A DNA stretch of 64,000 bases from Octopus sinensis (lineage: Eukaryota), in assembly GCF_006345805.1 (NCBI RefSeq), contig NC_043012.1:21824001-21888000 (forward strand). Reading direction: 5' to 3'. Each line of letters opens with the position of its first letter. Positions within the stretch are counted from its first letter, which is position 1. The notes beneath the pieces are model-generated. The model searched no databases and had not been told where the DNA came from. It worked only from the letters and a program-made list of their open reading frames with translations. Shown here one piece after another: positions 42,501 through 54,158 of this stretch. The translations under genes were made by a program, and so were the position numbers.

Positions 42501-44536
42501 TTCTACTCTTTAATATTATTTTGAAAATATACAGCTTCTAGTTGATTCTAATTTATGGCTAATTAAACTGGTTCTTGAAACATTTCTGCATCTAATTGCT
42601 TCATTTAAATTCATGTCAATAAAGTTTACCACAAAATGTTTAGATTTCTTCTCAAATATTTCATTATTTCTTTTAAGAAACATTAAGAGATTTTAATGTG
42701 CAATATTCATTCAATATAATTGTTAATCAAATCAGTGATATTATTATAGAAGTTTCAAATAATGCTAATAAAAAGGCAATCATAAGGAGAGAGAGAGAGA
42801 GAGTATGAAAGGGTGAATAATCCTGTGTGTTTCCTCCATTGTCTGGAAATAAATATAATGCTAGAGATGCATGTAAAATGACATCCAGGTGAGTTTATGG
42901 GAACGAGAACTTTCTTTAAAGTGAGGCAGGAGATTATAGTTGTTACTTCTTCTGTGGGTTGGATAATGTCAATTGAGCAATCAGATGGCTATAGATTGAA
43001 TGGAAATATTAACCTGACCTGATATTTAAACAGTGGTTGATTGAAGAAGACTTAGAACTAGTTAATTAAGATCAACATAAGATAGCTTTAGAGTTGGACT
43101 GAATGTTTTGTGAGAAATAGCTTATTGTTTCTTGTTTCTGACTTTCTCATCCCGCTAGCATTGACTTAACATCATTATTACTACCATTGTCATCATCATC
43201 ATTTTATGTCTTCTTCGTTTTTCAATTGTCTGCAACACGAATCCAGTCTTGAGATTACTTGTTCTCTTTCGGCTAATCATTAGATGTTTTGTCAGTTTAC
43301 AATTTGTCTAGTGCTCTACCACTAAATCATTCTCTTACCATTCTCACCTGCTATACTGTCAGGTGATTGTATTGGAAAGAGACCAGTACAACACAGTGCC
43401 AGTGAATCTCAACTCGGCCCGTGTCTCTCTTCAAAAGTGATTTTGCTAAACCTCTTTTGTCAAATAACTTAAATGCTGATCTCATGGAAATGTATTATCA
43501 CCTTCAGAATAGAGAAGGTCTTTAGATTATAGACCTTCGTAATTGGCTGAATCATTTTCAGGCTATACATTTTTAAATGAATTATGAAAATGAAATTACA
43601 TCTGTATTAGGGAATGAGAGTAAAGAAAACAGAGTAAGACAATGGTAAGGAAAGACAGTATAATGTTTGTGTGAATAAACTTCATACAGTTGTATCTGTA
43701 TCTCTGGCACTGTACTGTGTCTTAAGCTTTGTTTCTGAACTCATCTTACTCCTCCCACCTGGGGACACAGTATATGAAAGCAAAAGAGTGTGTTTTGATA
43801 GTGGACTGAAGATGAAAACTGATATGTTTTTATGACAGACAGGCATTCCAGTTATGACCATTCCATCCTTTTTTTTTTCATCTAGAACTAATTGATTTAG
43901 GGTACTTTGTTTTCACGCGTGTAGCTAAAAGGTTGACTGAGATCATTATACCAAAGAACTGCCATTTATACATACACCTCCAAAACAATGTTGTCCCAGC
44001 ATCCGCATGCACTCCCTCTCTCTCCCCCTCTCTCTCCCCCACCCCCTCTCTCATATGCATATAAACAATATACTAATAAAGCCATACAGATTAATATGGC
44101 CATTTTTTCTCTTTCTGCAAAGTTATCCACAGAATGAATACTGTCTGTTTTATTGAACATTAGATTTGTAATGTTTATTTTCTTTTGTATTAATCTAAGA
44201 TTACGCTGTGCAACTTGCTATTACAACAGCTTTTTAGACAGACTGTTGATATGTCATCGTCTACTACTACTACTACTGCTACTTTGCTTTTGCATTCTCT
44301 GTATATCTTCTCTATGAGGAAGATATATATTTCAACAATAGCCTTCTATGGCATTTAGCTAACGGTATAAAGCACCGTATGAGTCTTTCTCTTTCTTCAT
44401 TTGAACATACATAAAACAAGTTGTCAGAAAGAAATTATGTGATAGCTTCTCTATTTATGTATTTTGATGATGATCTTGTATATCTTACTTCGTATTACTT
44501 TCAGAAAGCTACCTTTTAGTTTAATATGAAAGCTAA

Positions 44537-44928
44537 TACTCTTTTACTCTTTTACTTGTTTCAGTCATTTGACTGCAGCCATGCTGGAGCACCGCCTTTA
44601 GTCGAGCAACTCGACCCCGGGACTTATTCTTTGTAAGCCCAGTACTTATTCTATCGGTCTCTTTGCCGAACCGCTAAGTGACGGGGACGTAAACACACCA
44701 GCATTGGTTGTCAAGCAATGCTAGGGGGACAAACACACAAACACACATATATATATACATATATACGACAGGCTTCTTTCAGTTTCCGTCTACCAAATCC
44801 ACTCACAAGGCATTGGTCAGCCCGGGGCTATAGCAGAAGACACTTGCCCAAGATGCCAAGCAGTGGGACTGAACCCGGAACCATGTGGTTGGTTAGCAAG
44901 CTACTTACCACACAGCCACTCCTGTGCC
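44537..44928 (-). mobile_element. SINE family A, young full-length copy
   Basis: Reverse complement of 50676-51097 with only a handful of mismatches outside the microsatellite. Confidence 0.92.
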
Positions 44929-45596
44929 TAATCTTAATAAAAGATATATATTAAAAAAAAAAAAAACTTAGTCTATACACACATGTGTATTGTTGATTTA
45001 AAAAAAAAATATTTCAGCTGAAGAGAAGGTAGTGTCTATAATTCATTACAGGGCTTCCAAAACTTGGAGAGAAAAAGGTATCTTCATATTAGAAGATTGA
45101 CCTGAATGCTTGCAACAAGTTATATAGTCTAGGCATCCCACCCAAGATGCCTGATGGTAGTGTTAAAGTGGGCAGTGAATTAAGTCTGTCACCCAAGCAA
45201 GCCATAGTGGCATTTGAACTTAGGACACACACAGCCAGAACAAACACCACAAGGCATTCAGTTTGATGTTTTTACAGCTTCACTAGTCCACTAGCTTGGA
45301 TTAGAAATGAAAGATTGAAACAACAGTTGACCCTGAAAGGATAAAAGTCAGCCTCAGCAGGATTTGAATCCAGAGCACAGGTTGAAACTAATGCTGTGAA
45401 GCATCTGGTCTGATGCTCTGATGATTCTGCTAAAAAAAAACACAACTCTAATAAGGGATAGTGAGATTTTAGAATGAATATCTTTCTCACATATTGGATT
45501 TTCTTTAGTATGATGTATGGCAAAAGAAAATTTTTTAGCTAGTTTTATAATTGTCTTATAAAATACATTGCCAAAAGCTCATGCATCAGAAACAAA

Positions 45597-45910
45597 GTAA
45601 CCTCTCGAAAGAGCTGTTCTTCACTCCTGCTCCGGAGCGTCGGCTGCGGGGTCATTCCGAAAAGCTCTACCTGCGACGATTTCATCTCAATCGAAGGAGA
45701 GGAGCTTTCTCCGTCCGGGTTGCGGATCCGTGGAACAAGCTGCCAGACGAGATGGTGAAGATGCCGACGACCGCTTTGTTCAAAGCCTCCCTGGACCTCA
45801 AGTGGCCTGAACTCTTTACATGAACACCACCCTGTACTTAACTCCATGTCCCCCTACATGGCCTTGCTATTTGCTTTTGAGCCAAATTAACTAACTAACT
45901 AACTAACTAA
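45597..45910 (+). mobile_element. CR1 LINE 3' fragment with (TAAC)n tail
   Basis: RRLRGHSEKLYLRRFHLNRRRGAFSVRVADPWNKLPDEMVKMPTTALFKASLDLKWPELFT*, near-identical to 3005-3407. Confidence 0.9.
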
Positions 45911-46799
45911 AAGCAAAAGTAATTCCAAATTAACCTTTGAACTTTATTTGTGTAGGCAGATGCATCTTCTGTAAAGTCAACTCTGGAAATCACAAGTTCA
46001 TTTTGTTTTCTGTTTTCTAGAAAATTAATTTGATTTTGATAATGATGGTATAAATTCATTCTTAATTTTTCTGATCAGTTTGTACTGTGCCACACAGAAG
46101 GTCGTGTTGTCACAGGAGAATAAGCATTTATTGTTTAAGTGTGGATGTTTTTTTACACCTCCTCCTAATCTTTTTATTATTCTTTCTTCAGATTTTTGTT
46201 TTGAACATTAGATGTTTAGGATGTAGCAATAAAATGCATTTTTAGTCAGAAGTTTCATTAAATGAAAGAAAACTAGCATTTTGAATTTTCACAAAGTGAA
46301 AAAACATTTTTAATCAGCATATTGTGTTCACACTATATGTAGATAATATTTATTTATAATTCAAATTTCCATCTAAATTTTAAAAAAAGCAGAAAACAAA
46401 CAAACAAATCATTGCTATTAATGTCAGTTTTGTTTTCTGATTACCTAACACCATCAATTAGGAAAATTTTGCTGTAATTTAGTCAGACATCGATCAATAC
46501 AATCTTGATGATTTTCAATGTTCTTAATGATTGATAGAATTTAGATAGCCATGCATGGTGATTGTTGTAAACATTGTGTACATCAGCACACCTACTTCTT
46601 CTCTTCACTCCTGCCCACCTCTCCTCTCTTCCTCTGACACTTCCTCTCTTCACTTGTACCCACCTTCTCCCTTCATTGATACCCTCCACCCCCACCCATA
46701 CCCACACATTTCCACCCCACACCCCCACTCCGCCCCACATCCTCCCCTCCTACTTAGGCATTCTCACATGCACGTGCACCTTCATTTTTGGATCACCAA

Positions 46800-47045
46800 T
46801 ACTTTATCATCTCCCCTTCTTTCTGCCTCTCCTGTCAAACCTTTTTTTCTCAGACAGTCGCCATGCTTGATTGCTAAATCCACAAGTTTTTTAAATCTCT
46901 CTCTTTATTTTCTCTTATTCCTTTCTGTTAAAGAGGGTAGGATCGAAACGTGAAAGACTTTCTCACTTTCCCAAGCATCAAACTAATACACCTGCTTGTT
47001 GTTCATACACCTGTCTTTGTCTTTTGTTTTTATGTAAATTTCATC
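46800..47045 (+). repeat. Penelope pLTR-like repeat with decayed hammerhead-like motif (46921-46956)
   Basis: cttt-CTGTTAA-a-gagg gtag gatc-GAAA-CGT-G-aaag; ends in a TA tract. Class is inferred. Confidence 0.35.
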
Positions 47046-47052
47046 TATATTT

Positions 47053-47086
<34 letters not shown>

Positions 47087-47288
47087 GGAGATGTACCTGC
47101 ATAGCAAGTGATTTGATCTGAGATCGTGTGCTGAAACGAAAACAATTGCAGCGTGGAAGGTGTTTGTAAGCCATTTAAGAAACACACAAAAGCCGTTCGA
47201 TTCACTTCAACATTTAAGTTTAATTTGTCAAAATATTTTCGTCGCTTTAAGACCACGACCTGTTCACTGACAAAAATCCGTGCTGTTG

Positions 47289-47292
<4 letters not shown>
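47087..47292 (-). mobile_element. ~206-bp element embedded in (TA)n (retrozyme / Penelope pLTR-like)
   Basis: CpG-containing unique block flanked on both sides by TA runs (47053-47086, 47293-47330); carries a hammerhead-like fold. Confidence 0.55.
47224..47274 (-). ncRNA. Candidate type I hammerhead ribozyme, G3-C8 core variant
   Basis: 5'-TTTGTCA GTGAACA G GTCGT ggtcttaaa GCGAC GAA AA ta TT T TGACAAA-3': 7-bp stem I, 5-bp stem II, palindromic AATATT stem III, cleavage triplet UUU. Confidence 0.5.
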
Positions 47293-47334
<42 letters not shown>

Positions 47335-49031
47335 ACTATTAAAGAAAACTGATATTTTATTGATTTAAACTCTTCATTACACACTATTTAGTTAGGACAA
47401 TAAATATAACATGCAGTTCTGGATATGGCTGCTCACTTATGACTAAGGTAAAATGAGTAACATTTATTTTCCCTTGTGTTATGTACACCTAATTTTTAAG
47501 TTGAAAGTTTTGGAGGAAAAAAAAAAGAAAAAGTAAATATCATACAGGAATAAATACAGTATCTTATTAGTCTACCATGTACATTTATTGCTTTATTAAC
47601 TTTAGTAAATAAATTTCCAGTCATAATTCATCATAATATAAATATTTTAGGATTGGTGGAAGGTTTTTCTACAAACTTTTATGTAATTTATTTTGAATAT
47701 TTAGATTTTCAGTTTTTTAAAAATGTTCTAAATATAATGAAAAGAAAGAATTCAGTATGTGGATAATTGGCAATTCATATATATATATATATATATAATC
47801 AAAATATTTTCCCAAGACATGGTAACATTTAAGAAACTTTTGTAAGCTTTTTCAAGCAACATGAATGTGTGTGTGTGCGTGCATATGCACATGCATATGT
47901 GTACACTTGTGTATGTATGTTTTATCTTAGGGGTTTTTTTTTGTTAAAATTCATGATGCCAAAAATTTTAATTTAACACTTAACACTGTTCTACTTCGTA
48001 AAATTTAGATTTTGTTTCAACTTCATTATGTAAAATATCCTATACTATATTGATTTACTTGTTTGTTTTTTTTCTCCATAACATAATACTAATCTCAAGA
48101 TGGAAATTATCATTGCATCATATCATTCCATGCTAGTTTCAATACTTGCGAGGGATTTAATCTCTCAAAAGTTTCTTTGTTTTTCTCACAAAATGTGGCC
48201 CAAAAACCAAGGACAAGCATTCTTGACAATGCCAACCTAATTTGCCAACCTTCTTTTCCTTGCAGCTTGGCTTCTTGAAGCTGACCTATATTTACTTCTT
48301 TGTCAGTACATAACTGCTGACATATAACTTCTCTATTACTCTCTGTAGAATTGAGTTCACAGTCAAGGCTAGTGTTAATTATGACAGTGACTTTCATAGG
48401 GTTTAATGAGTAAAGTCATTAAAACTATTTGTTCTTCTATAATACCAATTACATCCTTTTATGTGGATGTAATATAATTTAAATTTTGAAGACTGAAATT
48501 AATATCACAAAATATTAAATTTCTAAACTATACTGGTTTTTGCAGATGTAGATAGGACAAGTCTTTTTGAGAGTTGAAGAACATTGACTCACCTTTCTTC
48601 CTTATTCATTCTTACTGTTCATTTATTTTTTAATGAAACAAATAGAGAGAAATTCTTTAAAAAATCATTATTGTTAAAATAATTAAATATATTTGATTTA
48701 GAGAGAAAATTTAAAATTATATATTTGGTAAGTCTATCTTGTATCTATACTTGTCTCTGCAATTTGCTTCTTAAAAATCATATTAAATTCTTCTACAAAT
48801 TTTAACTTATGAAATTTGATGTTTTTTCATGTCTTTGGATTTTAAGAAATTTTTGATAAACATAACAATATTGCTGGAAAAAGCATGTGATGATTAAATT
48901 TTTGTGTAAACTGTGACTTGATAATATTTTGCAGAAGGTATTCATATAGATTATATCTATTCTGATTTTTAATTTACTGAATTGAATGCTTCTACAAATA
49001 TTTTCCTTTTGTTATTACAGTTCACTCTGAC

Positions 49032-49066
49032 ATGGAGGATGGCCGTTGTTTACTGGATGTGATTGG
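49032..49066 (+). CDS. BICRA: BICRA/GLTSCR1-like, first recognisable coding exon (exon 49021-49066)
   Basis: ttgttattaCAG acceptor and GG|GTGAGT donor; encodes MEDGRCLLDVI(G), matching the vertebrate BICRA N-terminus (DGRCLLDVIC/GDP) as I recall it. Confidence 0.85.
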
Positions 49067-49104
49067 GTGAGTATAAATCTTCTCTTGTGAGCGCATTTTT
49101 TTCT

Positions 49105-49780
49105 TTCATCATCATCGTCATCATCATCATTTAGTGCCTGTTGTCTATGTTGGCATGGGTCTTGACAGTTTGACCAGGGCTAGCAAGCTGGAAGGCTGCA
49201 CCAGATTCCAGTCTGATATGGCATGGTTTCTACATGTGATTTTACTTGGCTTGATGGGTCTTCTTCTCAAGCTTGACATAATGCCAAATGTTTTGGTCAT
49301 TGCCTCTGTGAGGCACAATACTCGAAAGACGCTCAGCCACTTTGTCTCCATGAGGCCCAATGCTCGAAAGGTACTTTTTACGTGACTCCAGCACTAGCCA
49401 TGACTATAGTTTCACTTGGCTTGATGGGTCTTCTCAAGCACAGCATATTACCAAAGGTCACAGTCACTAGCCATTGCCTCAGTGAGGTTCAAAGATCATG
49501 CCCCACCACCTCGCCCCATGTCTTTCTGGGTTTGCTTCTACCACAGGTTCCCCCCACAGTTAGAGATTGGCACTTCTTTACACAACTGTCCTTGTCCATC
49601 ATCATCATTATTCAATGCCCACTTTTCTTTGTTTGCATGGGTCAGATGGAATTTGTAAAGGCAGGTGTTACTGGATACCTTTCCTGTTGCTACCCATCAC
49701 CTGTTTCCAAGCAAGGTAGACAATTTTTTTCCACAGAAGACTTGAAACAAACTGCCTCACTTGTATGCTCATTTATAACC
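49105..49780 (-). mobile_element. RTE LINE 3' fragments (two, minus strand)
   Basis: Minus-strand DSCVKKCQSLTVGGTCGRSKPRKTWGEVV at ~49500-49590; (CAT)n tails at ~49105-49130 and ~49598-49612. Confidence 0.75.
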
Positions 49781-49789
49781 ATCATAGGA

Positions 49790-50247
49790 TGTCTAGACAA
49801 GGGTACATGCACATGTACAAATTTACATATCTATATGAGATCGTTGCCAGAGCAACAAGCTGGCCTCCGTGCCGATGACACGTAAAAAACACCATTTGAG
49901 CAGTGATCATTACCTGCGTCACCTTACTGGTACTTGTGCTGGTGGCATGTGAAAAAACATTTGAGTGAGGTCGTTGCCAGTGCCGCTGGACTGGCTCCTG
50001 TGCAGGTGGCACATAAAAAGCACCATTTGAGCGTGGCTGTTGCCAGTACTGCCTGACTGGCCCTCGTGCCGGTAGCATGTAAAGCACCCACTACACTCTC
50101 GGAGTGGTTGGCATTAGGAAGGGCATCCAGCTGTAGAAACTCTGCCAGATCAGATTGGAGTCTGGTGCAGCCATCTGGTTTGTCAGACCTAAGTCAAATT
50201 GTCCAACCCATGCTAACATGGAAAGCGGACATTAAACGATGATGATG

Positions 50248-50250
<3 letters not shown>
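49790..50250 (+). mobile_element. RTE LINE 3'UTR with internal tandem subrepeats and (GAT)n tail
   Basis: About 3 copies of aaaa.caccatttgagc.tg..cgttgccagt at 49860-50085, followed by the family terminal sequence. Confidence 0.8.
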
Positions 50251-50280
<30 letters not shown>

Positions 50281-50675
50281 TGTATTTGTCAAGCACAGGC
50301 TTCTTTCAGCTTCTATATACCTAATTCACTCACAAGGCATTGGTTGACCTGTGACTAAGCTAGAAGACACTTGCTTATGGTGCCACTTGCCCATTGTGCC
50401 ACTCATGGTTGGTTCCCAAGCCTCTTAGCCACTCATCCATGCCTGCTCCTTTCTTCTTAAACTTCTGTGACTTTTTCAATAGTCATTTTTCAGAAACAAA
50501 ATGCATTGTGATACTTAGTCTTTTTATACTCTGAGTTCAAATCTTGTTTGACTATGCCTTGAGTTAAAGAAACCTCTATTTAAACAGCATGGTAACACTA
50601 AATTCTTAGTGAACATGGTCATTATTTTGATTGTTTGAACTTATTGAAACTTTTATGGTTAATTAAATGAACATA

Positions 50676-50846
50676 GGCGCAGGAGTGGCTGTGTGGTAAG
50701 TAGCTTGCTAACCAACCACATGGTTCCGGGGTCAGTCCCACTGCGTGGCATCTTGGGCAAGTGTCTTCTGCTATAGCCCCGGGCCGACCAATGCCTTGTG
50801 AGTGGATTTGGTAGACGGAAACTGAAAGAAGCCTGTCGTATATATG

Positions 50847-50877
<31 letters not shown>

Positions 50878-51097
50878 TTGTGTGTCTGTGTTTGTCCCCC
50901 TAGCATTGCTTGACAACCAATGCTGGTGTGTTTAGATCCCCGTCACTTAGCGGTTCGGCAAAAAGAGACCGATAGAATAAGTACTGGGCTTACAAAGAAT
51001 AAGTCCCGGGGTCGATTTGCTCGACTAAAGGCGGTGCTCCAGCATGGCCGCAGTCAAATGACTGAAACAAGTAAAAGAGTAAAAGAGAGTAAAGAGT
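50676..51097 (+). mobile_element. SINE family A, young full-length copy
   Basis: tRNA-like head ggcgcaggagtggctgtgtggtaag..., ccttgggcaagtgtctt-like core, internal microsatellite, AAAAGAGT tail. Confidence 0.92.
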
Positions 51098-51739
51098 ATA
51101 CTTCATAATCCATTCCATAAAATCTCTGGCTTTATACCTTGTGAGAAACCATAATTATACTTAGTATATTTTTTGTTTCTAAGTTTTTCTTGAAACGTGA
51201 TATATATTTTTAATCACATAGGTTTTCTAAATTGATTGGTTAATTTGAAACATGCAGAGACAAATGTGTTGTGATCTCTACAAATTTTTTATTTAAATTG
51301 TAAAATATTTCTGATTCTTTGGACATTTCAGGAAATGGCTCATTTAACCATATATGTCTAACTATGTTTAATTATATACGGTTTATTTAACTATTCAATT
51401 TGAGAGTATCCTTAATAGTAGAAGTGTTAATCACAGACAAAATGTCTTGTGGGGACCAATTGAATCAACTACATCCTTCATCTCCCTAAAACCATTATCT
51501 GTTTAAGTAGTCATTGTTGCTGCCATTACTACTACCACTAAAAAGCAGTGGAGTGACACAAAAGTAAAGCACCAGATTAAATATTTTAAAGTATTATAAA
51601 TCATCTGCTACATACTTTGTTCAATTCTTGCTGAGATACTTTGCTGCTCATCTCTTCAGTATTGTTTATATAATAAAATTGATTCAACTATCTTCTTTCC
51701 TGAAGAATTCTTGGCCTTCTGTTTATGTAGCAAAAGTAT

Positions 51740-51892
51740 TCATCATCATCATCATCATCATCATCATTGTTTAGCGTCCGTTTTCCATGCTAGCATGGGT
51801 TGGACAGTTCTACTGGGGTCTGTGAAGCCAGAAGGCTTCATCAGGCCCAGTCAAATCTGGCAGTGTTTCTACGGCTGGATGCCCTTCCGATT
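51740..51892 (-). mobile_element. RTE 3'-UTR fragment, young
   Basis: Reverse complement of 12356-12480 with few mismatches; (CAT)n tail. Confidence 0.85.
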
Positions 51893-53573
51893 ATTATTGA
51901 CAGTCTGACATTAAAGACTGACTATTTGGATTTCCTTGTGCCATGTTCTCAGCAATATCGTTTATTAATTTCTTTCAGTCTCATTCAAAAACTGTACAGT
52001 TTCATGAAGTGAAAAATTTTGTTTCTACCAGTGAAAGATATCAGTCATCGAAACCAACCATTTTTATTTTGTCTAAAATACTAGCTTAGAGCTAAAATCA
52101 AAATGTCCACATCAAGATAAATTATCAGCTTGGCAGCTATTAACTTATTGGAGTTTCAAAAACAACTATGTACATTATCATTGTAATGGACTAAATATTG
52201 TATAATGTCTCCGATTTTTATGAGATTAAATACTGTTGTTGTGAGCTCTGCTAGATCAGAGCTATATATATGATAGCATTAGAAAACCCAGTGAAGTTAA
52301 TTTCAATACATCACATATGGTTTAGTTTTCCAATTTTTTTTTCTTTGCCTCTTCATGATGTCACAACTATTTGCTTAATCATATTGACATATGTAGCTGT
52401 GCTTAAAGAAAAAAAAAAATCTTTTGTTAGACTGTAGCTGGAGAGATCTTTGGAGTTTAACTATCTCGTCTGCAACAGTCTGAGTAGTTGCATGGCTTGT
52501 CTTTTTCTATTATCATCATCATTGTTTAACATCCTCCTTCCATGCCAGCATGGGTTGGATGGTTTGACAGGAGCTGGCCCGGTAGGAACCTGTACCATGT
52601 TTTGGTGTGGTTTTTACAACTGGATGTCCTTCCTAACACCAACACCATTAATTAGATTAAAATATATTCAAAGATACCAAGTTCAAATGAAATCAATTGT
52701 CACCAACATTTTTGACAATAAACCATTGCTTTCAGTAGCAGAATTGGTAGAATTTTTAGAGCATCAGGTTAAGTACCTTTCAATATTTACTCTCATCTCT
52801 CTTTAATTTCCTGGTTCAAATCCCATCACATTCAACTATACTGTTCAGTCTTGCTGGATAAATAATATAAGTGCCAGGTATACACTAATGTCGGTTTAAT
52901 TGATTCCCAATCTCCTATAAACTTGGTGGCATTACCCTGAAACAAACATGGCCTGAAGAAATACCACTTGTTATTTTTTTGGATACACTCACAATAATTC
53001 TGCTAATACACCACCCATTTCATAATAACAATGATTCCTAACACTGGTGGTACAAAGATACAAATTTTAGATGAGTGGTGTAGTCATTTAATCCGTTTTG
53101 TGACCATGTTTTTGATGAAATATATTGCATTTTAGTTTTGAAAATCATCAAAACTTTCGAGTGGATTAGTAAAATAACTTTGTCATTATTGAGCAGGTGT
53201 TTGAAGCATAACTTAACAAAAGGTGCTTACATGAAATTATGACAGAAAGTTTTAATTTAAGATTTTGGGAAACAAAACTTGAGGCACTTTCAAATGGACG
53301 ACGTTGCTCTCTAGTACTTAATTGATTGTTGGACTTACTGAGATTTGAATACTATACACATAAGAGATATAGGTTAACACGGCAAGACACTGAGTCTGGT
53401 ACTATGCTATTTCTGACACAATACTATTGATATCATCATCATCATCGCTGCTGATGTTAACATATTAGCAATCAATGTTGTTTTTTTGTTCTGTTTTTTT
53501 TTTTTTTTTTCAATCTTTCTCTCTCCTTTCTCCATTTTATTATAAAGAGCCTTTGTTTTCCTTTTCAAATCAG

Positions 53574-53619
53574 AGACCCAAAGCTTTTGAATGAGTTTTT
53601 AAAAGATGGAACTGATGTG
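53574..53619 (+). CDS. BICRA: BICRA/GLTSCR1-like coding exon 2
   Basis: cttttcaaatCAG acceptor and GTG|GTAAGT donor; phase 2 in, phase 0 out; encodes (G)DPKLLNEFLKDGTDV, resembling DPQALNDFLHG of BICRA. Confidence 0.85.
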
Positions 53620-53961
53620 GTAAGTTTGATGGGCATTTTCTTGTATAGTCATATAATAGAGTTTATCTCTTCATTTTATTAATGTGATTTTATAAACTTT
53701 CTGTTGTATTTGAGTTTGTATTTTGTGACGGAATAACTTCCATTTTCTTTCATGATATTAATTTCTATGAATTTAGAATTAGTTTATATCGAATATGTAT
53801 TACATATATCTCTTATTACATTTATTCCACTAATATTGTTTGTTAATTTGCTCTTTCCCTTAACTTAAAAAAATTTAATTTGTTTGGTTGCAAATTTAAT
53901 TTAACTTGACTGAACATTAGAGCAAAGACTTATTGCTTGCTTATTATAAAAGTGGTTACTA

Positions 53962-53963
<2 letters not shown>

Positions 53964-54001
<38 letters not shown>

Positions 54002-54020
54002 TGTGTATGTGTATGTGTGT
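53964..54020. repeat. (TG)n tract upstream of BICRA exon 3 acceptors
   Basis: Direct observation. Confidence 0.95.
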
Positions 54021-54158
54021 TAGATAGACTCTATCTTCCACATACAGACACTCGCTCGTGTGAAAGCTTGATATATGAGTTTAAATGTGATGCCAAGTCA
54101 AAGTAATAATGAAAAATTGATAAAGTGTATGCTTCTTTCATTGCCGGTGCTGTTGCAG

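Noticed and set aside
54075-54158. ATG at 54075 as the start of a single-exon 205-aa gene
   Set aside because: The region is AT-rich and intron-like up to the acceptor at 54157-54158; phase-compatible upstream exons carry the conserved BICRA start.
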